From positions 100,502,001-100,566,000 of the forward strand of contig OZ024743.1 of NCBI GenBank assembly GCA_964016885.1: 64,000 nt of DNA, written 5' to 3'. Every line of letters starts with the position of its first letter. Positions within the stretch are counted from its first letter, which is position 1. This DNA is from Eledone cirrhosa (Eukaryota). The notes under the pieces are model-generated. The model was not told where the DNA came from. It made no database searches and was given only the letters and a program-made list of their open reading frames with translations. The position numbers were made by a program, and so were the translations under genes. Positions 13,430 through 27,219 of this stretch are shown in pieces.

Positions 13430-13803
13430 TCATCATCATCATTTTTTACACCCGCTTTTTCCCTGCTTGCAAAGGTGGGATGGGAACTGATTCTGGCTTG
13501 ATTTCTACAGCTGGATGCCCTTCCTAACACCAACCTCATTTACAGTGAGTGCTGGGTGCTTTTTTTTCGTGGCGCCTACACGTCCACTTTCCAGTGTGGA
13601 CTGGGTGCTTTTTGCCGAGGCACCTCCACGACCACTTTGCAGTGGAGTGATGGGCACCCCAGTCCCTATCATCTCATTTCTACAGCTGAGTAAACTGGAG
13701 CAATGTGAAATAAAGTGTCTTGCTCAAGGAAACAACACATCACCCGGTCTGAGAATTGAACTCACAACCTTTCGATTGCTTAACCACTAAGCCATGTGGC
13801 TCC
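13430..13803 (-). mobile_element. tRNA-head SINE with chimeric RTE-B/RTE-A 3' tail
   Basis: tRNA-like head at about 13740-13803, core, RTE-B 3'UTR modules, then the RTE-A terminus and (GAT)n. Confidence 0.85.
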
Positions 13804-14299
13804 AACTAGAAACCACAATTATGAATCGAACATCTTAGTCACACAGCCCCATGCTGTGCCATTCTTAACCACAGCCCCATACTGAGCCATTCTTAACCAC
13901 ACAACCATGCTGTGCAATTCTTAACCACACAACCATGTATATCTATTTAATAGAATTACACTGAAAGAATTAAATGGCTAAAATATTATAGTGGTGACTC
14001 ACAAAAATTACCAGTTTAATTCATGTCATTAACACTACTTTGAGCTCTGTACCAAACATTATATGCTTTTCTTGGTTCAATAACCATAGAAAAGCAGGTT
14101 TGTTCATAATTGAATGATTAGTAGTGTAAAGGACACATGGTCATAAATCCTCCTGAACAATATTTAAAACCAGAGGAATTCGCTTCACAACACCTTGGGT
14201 TTGGTCCCACTGAATGGCCACTTGGACAAGTGTTTTCTACTATAGCCTTATACAAGTGCCTTGAGAGGGAAATTTGGTAGACAAAAGTCTATTGTCATG

Positions 14300-15250
14300 A
14301 ACATCATTATCCTTTTATGTCTACTTAAGCTTGCACAGGTCGGACTGGTTTCTTCCAGCACAGCCTCCCTCCAATTATTGCATTCCTTCATCATCTCCTC
14401 TGTGAGGTTCAGCATTTTGAGAACCACTCTCACTACTTCCACCCAGGTCTTCCTTTATTGCAGTATCTTTCTGGGGTCTATTTCTTCACCTAATAATCAT
14501 TACTCATATGCATTACATGTCTATACCAGTGCAATCTTCTCTCTTGCACAGTACACTTGATTCCTCTCATACTCAGCTTTTCTATGCTTTAATATTTGTG
14601 CACATTAACATTACACATCCATCGAAGCATGCTTGCTTCATTTCTTTCCAGTATTTGCATATCCTCTGCATTTACTGCCCATGATTCTCTGCCATGCAGC
14701 AGCACACTTTACATACAGTCTGCCTTTCATTTATAGAGAAACCATTTGTTGTTAACTGATGTAGTGTCTCCCAGAACTTCTTCCATCCTCTTCTTATTTT
14801 AGTTACTATACTTTCAGAACAACTACTGCTAATTAGGTCACCTAGGTAACAGAAGCTATCAACTGTTTCTATGATGCCTTACCAGGATTGAAAAAAGTTT
14901 ATTTTATTGAGACCCTATTATTAACTATACCAGTGCATTTCCCTCATACAAGTCTGTCTTTTCTGTTAGTCTGTCTATAATTCCACTACACCTCTTGTGT
15001 ATATCATACAAAGTTTCTTCTTACTCCTTTACATATCAAGCACAACCCTTTCCCTAATGAGACCAGAATCCTGTTTTCTTTCCTATATATTAAAACTTTA
15101 ATTCTTGTTAAGTGTACTCTGAGCCCTTTTTATACTAAATTCTGTTTCCACAGTAGGAATGTCTTCTCAAGCTCTTCAACAGATTCAGCTTTAAGAACTA
15201 GATCATCAATGTACAATTCCCATGGGTAGCTCATATTAAATTCTTATGTT
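14300..15250 (-). mobile_element. Strongly decayed RTE LINE 3' portion
   Basis: Minus-strand relics PWEL...DDLVL, FCYLGDLIS, GWKKF, EASMLRWMCNVN. Confidence 0.8.
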
Positions 15251-15717
15251 GAGGCCTGGAGGACTATAATAAACAAAAGTGGGTTGTAGACTGAGCCTTG
15301 ATAAACACCTACCTGGTAGTGCTGGTGCCATGATAAAAAGCACCCAGTGATGGCAGTGGTGGTACGACAACATACCCACTACACACCATGAAGTGGCTGG
15401 CATTAGAAAGGGCATCCAGATGTAGAAACTAGGCGAGAAGGAAGAGCAAGGCACATTCATCTGACATGTCTGGTCTCATATATGAATGGAAAATAGACAA
15501 AGTGGTGCTGGTAGGAAGAGGAGTGGCAGTAATGATGATGGTGTGTCTATGTCAGTGTTTATGTCCTTTAACTTAACAGTTCAATAAAAGTACTGGCTTT
15601 GGTATGATCAACTTTAACATTGTGCTTCAGTATAGCCACAGTCTAATGACTAAAACAGGTGAAAGACTAAAAAGTTTAAAATGAAAACATGAGAGTATAA
15701 AATATCAAAGAACTTAC

Positions 15718-15828
15718 CAACAGAAAATAATGATCTTCTGGTTCAGAACGCAGGTATTTAAAAATGGTCTGTTCCCAAAATCGTTCCATCAAGTCCCAAT
15801 CATCAACAATACCATGTCGGATTGGCCA
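15718..15828 (-). CDS. ACTR3: Arp3 internal coding exon (111 bp)
   Basis: [37 protein letters not shown]; acceptor ccag|TGG, donor TTG|gtaag; phase 0/0 and continuous with the neighbouring exons. Confidence 0.97.
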
Positions 15829-16116
15829 CTGGATTTTTTTTTTTTTTAATTAAGTGGAGAAAAATAAATATATATATTAAAAAATTTCAGAAGTTTAATA
15901 TTTTCTCATTTCCATGAAATAAACAAGACACTGAATAGTTTAGTGTACATACAATATGTTAATGTTTTTTTGAGAAAGGGAGGGGATAATTTTGTGTATG
16001 TTCAGGTACACCATTGATTTCTTAGCAACTGATTATCTAGCATCTTTTTTAACCCTTCTGATATCAAATCACCTGAAACTGCACCTGGTTCTATGATACA
16101 AAGCCATTTGTTTTAA

Positions 16117-16334
16117 CCCTTTACCATTTACATTATTCTATATATACTATTGTATTTTCATGGTAAAGGCCTTATCTTACATAATTATATCACATAATAT
16201 CGAATCTATGAGATTTTGATATTTATTTTGAGAACAATACCTTAACATCAGTATGAGTAGCAAGTTATGGCTGGTTTGAACAGAAAGAGGTGAGAGAATT
16301 CTGGCCAGATACAGCCAGTTTAAATGTTAAAGGG
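16117..16334. mobile_element. About 220-bp TTAA-flanked MITE (piggyBac-like ends), nested in a larger TTAA element
   Basis: TTAA at 16113-16116 and 16335-16338; ends ccctttaccattta...taaatgttaaaggg; three more copies in the window. Confidence 0.85.
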
Positions 16335-16457
16335 TTAAAGTGTTCATATCTAAATTTAAAACTTCCATCAAAATTTTATGTAAAACAACTTCGTTTCATT
16401 TCAAACACCAACTTAATGACAAAATTATTTTACTAAATCATTACAAATTCTTGATTA

Positions 16458-16832
16458 CCGTATATACTGGTGTACAAGTCGATCCTGCACATAGGTCGAC
16501 CTCTAAAATTCCGAGGTGTATTCAGGTCTATATTCGCCGGATAAGACGACCCCCCAAAATAAGGCAGTACCATCTCCCCAGCCTTAGATGCACTTGCCAT
16601 TCCTAAATATTATGTTAAATAGACTTAACAAATACAAGATTCAGTAGGAAATAATTGTGGTGGTCTGCTAGAGTTATGGTAAGCGGTGTACAACGAGTGT
16701 TAGGCAGGCAGTTTCACTGTTTACCCCTCAGTGGTAGAAGTTCACATTTTATATTTGGCAGACAAGTCGACCCCTGGTTTTGGAGAGTTATTTTTAGGCC
16801 CCAAATGTTGACTTGTACGCTGGCATATATGG
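16458..16832. mobile_element. TcMar (Tc2/pogo-like) non-autonomous element, 375 bp
   Basis: TA TSD at 16456-16457 and 16833-16834; imperfect TIRs ccgtatatactggtgtacaagtcga / ttgacttgtacgctggcatatatgg. Confidence 0.85.
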
Positions 16833-17531
16833 TATTTAAAAAAAAAATTTTAAATCAGAGTTTTTCATTTGAAATATGCAAACAAAAGAGTTAATCTAGA
16901 TATAATTATATGCATGCACTCAATTTCCCTGACCCACCAAACTAGTTCACTCACCTTTACTAAAGGGAATATAGTATTCCAGTATAAAGCAAGAAAAGTT
17001 AAATATATTATGCACTTTGCAGTTACATTTCAAGAGTGTCTTGATAGGAGGAAGAGAGGGTTAGGAGGTCAGCAAATAGTGATAGATTTAGTTTTAAAAA
17101 TTTGCACCTTCATATTAGTTGAGAGGTAGAGAGTGCATTTCCACCTTCACAATTGATTTCTAGTGAATAAACAAAGGAGGGGTGTTGTGAAGTAGTGAAG
17201 AAGTTATTAATAACATATCCTGAATTGTTACTATTATGTGACCTCAGTTATTGTGGCAAAATATACAACTTGTCTGTAATCTAAGTTGCCGAAAACCAGT
17301 GTTGTATGTATACTGTGTAAATATATACATACATTACATATATATACATACATATTCATATATACATATACATATATATATATACATATATATATATAAA
17401 TAGTTTGGGTGTATATATGAGTAGTTTTTATGTATATATATACTATATCAAAAGTTTTGAGAGTGTGTGTTATGCATACATATACATATTATGCTAGAAT
17501 TGGCAAAGCCATTAGAACATCAGATAGTATG

Positions 17532-17897
17532 TGTAGCGCTCTCTAGACAGGGAAGTAGTTAGAGTTACTTCCTGTCGAAAATCTAGAACCCTCTTTTGCA
17601 ACTACCGGAAAGAGGTTATAAATAGCGGCAACTCAGCCCGCTCTCTCTCTCTTTGGCGCTTTCCTTCGAACTGACAACACGGAAGATGAACATGTTAATC
17701 ACGGGCTTGGACTATACCTAAATAATGTACAAGGATATTTGTGTACCACAATTATAACGGAGTTACAATAAAATGAAGACTTGTATTCGATATGGTGTTT
17801 TGTAAATATATCTCATCCTTTTCTGTAAAAAAATTAGTAGTTAGATTCCGGTGATATTTACTCAAGTAAATAATCCTGGGTCTGACAGAACACTAAA
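17532..17897 (+). mobile_element. Solo LTR (366 bp, Gypsy-like) inserted into a SINE
   Basis: 4-bp TSD tatg at 17528-17531 and 17898-17901; starts TGTAG and ends CTAAA (one change from CTACA); TATAAAT at 17617-17623 and AATAAA at 17767-17772. Confidence 0.85.
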
Positions 17898-19452
17898 TAT
17901 GCATTGTGGTATCATTCCAGCTCTCTCCACACTGCGTTCAAATGCCACTAAGGTCAACTTTGCCTTTCCTCTTCTCAATCTCGATAATAAAGCATCAGTC
18001 CAATACTGAGGTCAATTCTTCCTCTCATTCTCACTATCCTTCCTTCCAACAAATCTGTGGTGTTTAGACATCAGTTTAAAATGCCCCCAAACGCTGTATG
18101 TCTCTATGGACCCCAACAACTCCATCAGGAATTACAGGTCCATACATAATTATATATATGTATATATATATATGTCGATATTTTGTGTATATACTATCTC
18201 TTTTACTCTTTTACCTGTTCCAGCCGTCCGGCTGAGGCCATGCTGGAGCGCCGCCCTTGTAATGTATATAGTTTTGCATATATAGTCTGCGTGTGGATAC
18301 ATTTATGTATACACTGTGAGAATATGTTTGTTAAATATTATATATACAAAGAGTTTTGTGTGTAAATACTATACATTTGAAAGCTTTATGTATATTTGGA
18401 CCACATCTTTTATAGGGATAAAAAAAATAAATATAAATAAATAAAGCAGTTTAGGCAGGCTTCTACAGTTTCTTCATTCACTATCTGAATTATCAAATCA
18501 AACTTAAAGTAATTATACCCCCTTGCAACAGATCCAAGAAAGCTTCCTGTTAGAATGGCTGAAAATGCTATCAATTCCTCAGCATTGTTGTTTTTACACT
18601 GTTTTTCCATGCACACATGGGTTAGATGTGGACTTTAAGGCAGACATGGGCCCTGGTAACAAACACAAACACAGTCCATTCTGTCAAGTAGTTGGCCATA
18701 GGAGAAGCAGTGAGCTAGAAAACCCATGCCAAAACTATGAAAAACACGACCTACTCAACTGCCTCTACTAAATGTATCTATCGATTATGACAATGTGTGT
18801 CTGGTGTTTTTATGTGCACGCACAAATGTATGTAAGTATAAATATTTGAATACTTTGGATTATATTTGAGTTGAAATCAAGAGTCTGTTGATAAATACTG
18901 AAGAGAGCTGACACTAATAACAATGAATGTGTTGTGTGGATATAGATGTTTATGCCCTGCCAGAAAGTCTCAGATATTGCTAAGCAGATACTAAAAGACC
19001 TCAAACATGTGCGCACACACACACACACTCACATGTGTGCATGTGCATACACATATGTACATATACGTGCACACATATACTCACACACAGCTTTTAAGAA
19101 CGACGAGTTTAACCTTTTTGTTACCATATTTCTAATGATACTGCCTAAGATTTTCAACTCATTTTAAAAACAATCTAGAATGTGGATGTATTTAGCAATA
19201 TAACTAAATTTCTCATTATTTAGCTGGTGTTTGGAACATAACTTTACAAAGGTTCTCACATAAAATTATCATGGAAGGTTTTTAGATAAATATAGACATT
19301 TCAAAATAAGGGTACTTTCAGGTGGATTAAGAGTTATCCGTGTGTACACACAAACATGTAAAGGCAACAATGCATGTGTAAGAATATTTTAGATCATTTC
19401 AAGACAATACATAAATTATTCAGTTCACATTGTTGAAGAAATTTAATCTCAC

Positions 19453-19633
19453 CTTAACAGAATAAGAGGAAGCATCTAGAGCTTCATCTCCTATAAAGAA
19501 ATCCAAATCTTCAACTCCCTTGCCGAGTCGTCTAATTGCCTGATCACCAACTTTGGCTGATTCCTTGATGGCAATACATGACGGAATAATAAACTGTGGC
19601 TCTGTGTTTCCAGCATAGCCCATCTTCGTATAC
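19453..19633 (-). CDS. ACTR3: Actin-related protein 3, internal coding exon (181 bp; first Arp3 exon found in the window)
   Basis: Translates (G)[60 protein letters not shown], the Arp3 N-terminal region. Acceptor ttccag|G at 19634-19635 (phase 2); donor AAG|gtgag at 19451-19452. Confidence 0.97.
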
Positions 19634-20335
19634 CTGGAATATAAAAGAAATTGTAAGGAAAATGAAAAAAAATGTAACATATAGTAGAGATTTACAACAA
19701 AAAGCATTTTAATGCCATTTACACTGCTGAAGCTGGGGTTAGCAGTTTAGGCCCTGTGACAAGTTTCTCCACTTTGCCCTATTGTCACTAAACCCCAGCT
19801 TTAATTTCCTCCTCCATCATCTTGAACCATGTCTTTCTTTGTCTTCCCCTTACCATTCATCTTTCCACATTCATTTCCATCACTCCTCTCATCCACTCAC
19901 CCAATCACATTCATCCTTCCTCGACACATGACCCAACCATCTCATTCCATTTTTCTTAACATTCATCAATGGCTCTATTCTCATTATCCTTGGCGATTCC
20001 TTGTCTTCCTCTCATCTCAATGATACTCTGCTCATCCCCAGTTTAGAATAGGTGAATCATATCTGTGTCATTAAATCATAGAGGTGTCATTAATAAAAGA
20101 CTTAAAGAGTGGCACTGGGAGGGGTCTCCAGCCGTAAGACATTGCTTCAAAAAAAGACCCATCATAAATATAACAACATATTAGAGACTTCAATTTCAGA
20201 ATTCTAACAACCATCTCACAGGGGTATATACCTTGACAATATTTCCGATTACACAGCTTACACTCACACTTGTATATACAATAATCACCTCATGCACACA
20301 TATCACCAACTTACACATAATAACCCCACCTATAA

Positions 20336-20371
<36 letters not shown>

Positions 20372-21739
20372 TCCCATTCATTATTTAAACAGCACTTTCT
20401 AAAACAACTCTTAACATTTTCACATAGGGACTACACAGCCTAGACATTATCTATAAAGCCCAGGTCAATGTTTATGACTGTTTACATGTATCACTGTAAA
20501 CAACCCCTTATTTTTCCTTCAATATATACATTGCTATACTGGAAATATTTCAAGCATTCACTCATCATTTTTTTTTTTTAATTCTCTACAAAGTGCCATG
20601 TATGAAACGAACTATACATAGTTGTCTTTGCTTCCCAACTATGTGGTTTTAGGTTTACTTCCACTGCATGAGCCTGTTACTATAATGTCAACATTATGGA
20701 AACAGAAGTCCATTTTTATATATATTTATGAATCCATGTCTGTGTTTACATCTCATTACTTAGCAATTCGACAAAAAAGATTGATATAAGTACCAAATTT
20801 GGAAAAAAAAGTACTGAAGGTTGATATAGTCAACTAAATCATTTAAGGTGGAGTCTCAACATGGCTGCAGTGTAATGAGAGGGAGAGAGGGGGGGGGGCT
20901 GTTTTAATGTTATGTGCCTCCATGCTATCCTGAAAAGGAATATGTAATAAAACATCTGGCTGAAGAAGACTCACCACTTGGTTCGAGAATTGAACCTACA
21001 GCCTTTTGATCATGAGTCCAACACCTTAACCACACTTTCTGTAACTGAAATAGGTGCAGTTCTCAGTCATCATTATATAACTACATTAACAGACGACTGC
21101 AACCCTCCTTCACTCACTGCAGCTTTCATATGTTCCTATAATTGGGTGATTAGCTCTGGCCATGGGTGGAATTTGAATTCAGAATGGAAAGTGCTACAAT
21201 AGATACCACAAAGCATCTCATCTAATACTCTAACAATTCCCCCTATCCTCCATCAAGGACTGGAACATTATTTTATCAACCTCAAAAAGATAATATGTAA
21301 AAATTACCTCAGTGGGATTTGAACTTAAAAATTACAATGATGCAATGATAAAAACAGCTGAGTAAACCATTTCTTTTATTTGAATGTCAAGATTCATTTT
21401 TTACTTATTTCATTATACAACAACTAATATATGAAGAAATGTCAAGTTGCATAATTAAAGAATTCTGCAACTGTAGAACATGCATGCAATAAGTTGCAAC
21501 TGTAACATTTCTTGATGATGTTGTAAAGAGATTATTTGCAGAGCTGTTAACAGTGAGGGGAAAAAAACTTGCTCATGAAGTGTCTATGTTGTCTTTAACA
21601 TGATATCAACCTTGAAATAATTTCTTTTAATACATTTTGAGTGTTTGTTTCTAAATATTACAAATGTAACCCGAGAAGTTGTTTTTCAAAGAAGAACCTC
21701 AATTCAATTATTACTCATCCTTCTTCAACATAGTAATTC

Positions 21740-22010
21740 TCCCGTCCACTAATAGAACTAAATCTCCAGTTTGGAACTGTCAAAGATATTTGTTGGGGTG
21801 GCAATATTTATCTATGAACCTCTCTGTGTTCTAAATAAAGGAAGCCGTGATTCATGTGTTACTGCAGTAAAAAGCAAAACATCTAACTTCTGCCACGAGA
21901 CCTATTCCAAATGCTTACAATAGAGTGGAATCTTCTAAAGTATCTAAGGTGCAGGTGATGATGTTAAACTCAGCATTGGATTAGGTCTAACACCCAAGAT
22001 CATGAAGTTT
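21740..22010 (-). mobile_element. Possible BEL/Pao integrase C-terminal relic
   Basis: Only the short motif QFQTGDLVLLVDG resembles the GDLVLV.D motif downstream of Pao integrases; heavily decayed. Confidence 0.3.
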
Positions 22011-25000
22011 GAAGTGTTTCTGCAGTTTCCATTTATGCATTTTTGCTTACAAGGTTTGGCAACCCATGGCTAAAATTGGTGCCACATAAGGGGTTGGAAT
22101 ACAGAATCAAACTTTACATAGCCATGCCTTCACACGTCAGTGAGTCTGCAATATATTTTCTCCATTAGAATCATCATCATCACCAAATATTTTATATAAT
22201 TCACTAATGCTTTTTAAACAGGTATATTTTGTCCTACCCATGCTAGTGTGGAAGATGAATGTTAAACAATGATGAGGATATTTGATATTTTATCAATATA
22301 AAAAAATGTGTATCCAATTTAGAATAGGTACACCATATCCCTGTGTGTTAAAAGAGACAGCCAAATAGGTTGGCACCAAAAAGAGCATCCAGTTATAAAA
22401 CATGGTCTCAAAAAGCATAATTTGATAAATATTTTATTGCATTTGAAGAAATTCCCTTGAGACTACATTCCAATTGTAGCAAGTAAAATCCAATAATGTT
22501 CTGTCACAACTAGCTGTCCAACCACTGTATCCATTAATGTTACAAAAGAAATGGTAACACTGAACTAAATGCTAAACAACATTTTAGTTTTGTCCTACAT
22601 TTATGAAAATTGTTTTTATGTATGTTTTTTCTTGTTGTCATGGGTTGGGTAATACTTTTTTTAAGGCAGTTTTTCTCCAGTCAAATGAGCCTTCTCACAC
22701 CAATATGCTTTATTTTTAAGCATGGGATATATCATTCATCTTCATCTTATTGTAGTACATAGTTTGTGGGACATGTCACCACTTGCTTTAGATGGTGTTG
22801 ATATGAAAACGCACACACACACATATATGGTTTCCACCTACCAAATTCACCCACAAAACCACTCATTTTATAGGGATCCTATTTAAATTAAAATTTTCCA
22901 GCAATTTTATATAAGAACCCTAAGTTACTATCTTCATTAATTGAAATATTTCATTAGAAATACAGCCACAAAAGGCTTAAAACATTTGTTCCTTCCAATG
23001 AAGAAACCTACACCTAGATGTTTGACCTGCTAGAAGTAGCCACACCCTACCATCTTAGAAAAAGGACACATCGAATGATGTAGTTCTAGATACATTATGT
23101 TACAAATGGGAGGTGGCTCAGAGAGGAAATTTTTCAAAATGAGTTTTGAGGTGCTGCAACAGAAGCACAAAGAGATGAAACTATGATATTGATAAAGCTT
23201 AACTATGTTGCATATATTCTACTATTCCTCACATCTATCTCAAGCAGTCTGGCTGCCATTCAAATGTGACATGTATTCAGAGTGGTATCCTGACACATTT
23301 TAGGCAAATACTTAGGTACCTAAACTGATAAACAACACAACTGTCGTAAAGTCCAGATTTAATGATAATGACTAGAACTGGTTTGTCTACCTAACAAGTA
23401 GGGCTGGTATCTTAAAAGTTTGGAGTTCAAATTCTGTGATTTTTTTGATTTTTACAGGTCATAAAATATCATAATCATGAGAAAGGATCGTTCAAACAAA
23501 GAATTATTACTAAACTTCTTGCGGGAAATCTATTAACTTTGTCAATACCATATATCTAATAAACATCACTGTCTATGTTATGTTCCAAACATTAACTTTA
23601 TAATAAGTCAGTTAATTTACTAAATCTATTCAAATACATCATTATTTTTAAAATTACTTGAAAATAATAGCACATTTCTAATGAAAGAAACTGCCAAACT
23701 GCAAAGAGAAACCTTATCTTGAACAAAATTATTTGGTGTTAATAAAAGATAACTATCAGTTTAATTTTAATTATGGCTTAGCCCCATGTCACTCCTGACC
23801 CTTATTGTGCTTTTGTTTTATTTTTTTTCTTTGGTTTTTGTTGTAGTTATTGTGGATTTTTTAAAATCTAGTAAGTAATTGTACACAATGTAGTTATAAA
23901 TAGGACAAAACTAGAAATACAACTATATATTACTAGTTTACTGACCCCTATGTGTTAAACTAAAGAATTTAATTTTATCAACTGCCAACAAAAAAAAGTG
24001 ACTGAACAAGAAAACTAAATCAAGACAAGATAGTTATACACCCTCTTGTAGCCTAAAATATCACATTTTATGATAAGACAGAATAAGAGAATACTGTTGG
24101 AGAAACTTGTGCAGTGTATGTAAGTATAAAAACAATGAAACACTGTGGTAGTAGTGACGTCATTTTCTGTTAATTTAGTTATCCAGTAGGATACTTAAAG
24201 ACAGATGCTATTGGTTCTTTTTTAAAGACTATATTGATGCTGAATATTTAAAAATAAAAAGGATAAAAATCTGCTTGACTTTTAGAAAACACAATTATCA
24301 AAAGACAAAAGATGGGAAAGAAATAAAGCAAAGACAACAAAAAGCTGTCTCACAACAATAACCTTTGCAAACTATATCTTCTTGTTCAAACAAACAAAGA
24401 AACAAAAAATAAACAAGGTATTGTTTGGAAAATAACTTACTCAACTAACATTTGTAAGGAGACATTCAATTCAAAGTTCTTTGAAGAATGATACAATAAT
24501 TTGTAGAAATAAAATAATATACTAAGATTATTGTTACTATAAACACCAACATCCATTACAACATTGAAAAGATATGACACAAACAAGAAAGACAGATCTT
24601 CCTTCTGTTACCATATTTCTAACAAAATACACTGCTGATGTGTTTCAATTAATTTTGAAAATAATCGAAAATTTGGATGAATTTCGTAAAGTAACTATGT
24701 TTTCATTATTAAGCTGATATGAGAGTTGATTAAATAAACTCCAGATTTTATCCACTCTAGAGAAATGAAAAATGTAATGGGACAAAACCAAATATTGTTA
24801 AGGATTTAGTTTTGTGCTTTACTATTTCTACAAACCTCTGCAAAGTATTTTAGATATTTAATGACTATACTTATTCATCTGCACTGTATTTTTATATAAT
24901 ACTGTTTTTTATTTTGTTTTCCTCTCAAGATCTTAATGATATACTCAGTGCAAGAAACTAGTACTAGTCATATTGCTGCTTTTGTTTCACTATGATTATA

Positions 25001-25971
25001 TTTAACCTGTGGCTTCTTATATGTACATACCTAAGTCATCTTGTAGACAGTCTGATATATCATAAAAACATAAACCACAATATAACTCAGGCTAGGAAGC
25101 AGTCTGTGATAAAACAAAAATATTGCACTACCTTATTTCTATGATGCACTCACACACAAAGATAAAAACATGTCAGGCTGTTTCATAATAGTACTATAAA
25201 TAGTCTATCAACACAAGAAACAAATATATAAAGAAAAAAAGCATACAGGATATATTTAAAAAAATAACTGCTGTTATTGTCTATGTTTACTTCCTTTAAC
25301 AATTTCCCCCACTAACTCTATAGAACAATTATATGGTATATAAAGCAGAGACAGACATACACCTACTCCCCAAATCCAAATTAGTAACACTCTTATATAA
25401 CTATATAATCATCAAACTACAATAGACAGCAGATCAAGTGTTACTCGTTTTATTTGATTCATTGATTGATTGGTTGATTGATTGATTATCATAAGTAGTA
25501 GAGGAAAATTAATCTTGCCACCAAATATACTATTCAAACACTTTGTGTAGATATATCACAAAAGACTGGACTAGTGCTTTCTCTCATATCTCCCACCACC
25601 ACTCATTAAGAGGGTTGGGATGGTTAAGCTTCATTTGAATTGTAAATTAATATGTGTTGAGAGGAAGAACAGTCAAGTGGCAGGAACTGTATAAGCTCTA
25701 AAGAAAATGTGTGGTGTTTGATTACATGTATATGTTCTGAGTTCAAACTTCATGAAGGTTAACTTTACTTTCAGGTGGGTTGCTAATTAAATAAAAACTA
25801 ATAATATACAGATATTAATCCCATCAACTATAACCCTTCTTTGAAAATGTGTGGCCTAGTGTCAAAGTTGAGGGGAGTGTAAGGAAAATGGTGTATCAGC
25901 CTAGCTCAATAACTCAGTATACTGAACCTAAATACAACTGGGCTCAATTCAAATATTTCTACATTTTCTTA

Positions 25972-26180
25972 CCCTTTAGCTTTTAAATCGGCAATATCCG
26001 GCCAGAATTCTCTCACCTCTTTCTGTTCGAACCGGCTGCTCATACTGATGTTAAGCTATTGTTCTCAAAATAAATATCATCAAAATCACAGATTCGATAT
26101 TATGTGAGATAATTATGTAAAGTAAAGCGTTTACTATGAAAATATAATAGTAAATATAGAGTAATGTAAATGCTAAAGGC
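25972..26180. mobile_element. TTAA MITE copy, inverted relative to 16117-16334
   Basis: ccctttagc...tgctaaaggc|ttaa; internal ggccagaattctctcacctc shared with the family. Confidence 0.85.
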
Positions 26181-27219
26181 TTAACTATTCTCAGGCTTCA
26201 TTGCCCAACAGATCATAAAGTACCAGCTACTCAGGTGTCTTGTCAGACCCAGAGTAATGAAAACATCTGTCATCATGTCATACCCCAAAACCCATCAACT
26301 ACTTTGATTGAAGTGGAGATGGGCATCCCCACCAATGAACCTAAAAGGTAGACTGGTTCTTTAAGTACAACTTCCATACCATCTTCTGGGGTAATGTATT
26401 TGACATTTTGTCTACTGGGGCCATGAAACATTTGCATGACATACTTATTCCTTTAGTTTATTAAAACTGTCTTTTAATATAATTTAATAATAATTTTTAA
26501 AATCTTAACTATATTGCTTTTCTTATAAGTAGAGGCCTGGCAACCAGTGTTCTCTCTAATGTGTATTTTTGTTTTCCTTTGACTAAAGTATTCGTGCACT
26601 TAATTATTAACAACAATATTTAAAACCTTTTTATGCACACAATTTCTGATAAATGCACATTAATTCCTTTTGTACAGTGTCAGGCACCTCTTTAAAATCC
26701 ATACATAGTGAGAACACATGGGCAAGAGGCAAGTTTCACAAATGCAAGCCTAAGATAGAAAGATTATTTGTAGTATTTAGTGTAATATCTAGGAAGACAA
26801 ATATCGGATGGTTGACATGGCGAAAAGTATTAGGTGCAACAAGTGATAAAGAGCAAGTATACAAATTTAGTTGGCAGTTGTTTAACCCCAAATCAGCTCT
26901 GATTGAGCAGACATGTTCAAAGACACTGCAGCTGTGACAATTTCATATATTCAATGTCCTGTAGGACATGAAACCACATTAGCAAGATTTTTTTAAAAGT
27001 ACAAAACAGCACTATGAACATATCATATTAAAATCTTTACTTTACTGTAAATACGTCTTGTAGTAAAGATACTGTAAACTCTTAATTAACAAACTTGTTT
27101 TTAGATATTCTTTGCTAAATCATTACAAGAAGTTAAAAGTTAAGATGATGTTAAATTCTTGCATGTTGAGCAACCAAGTAGTAGCACCCTCAATTGCTCA
27201 AGCAACAACATGTGGCATC

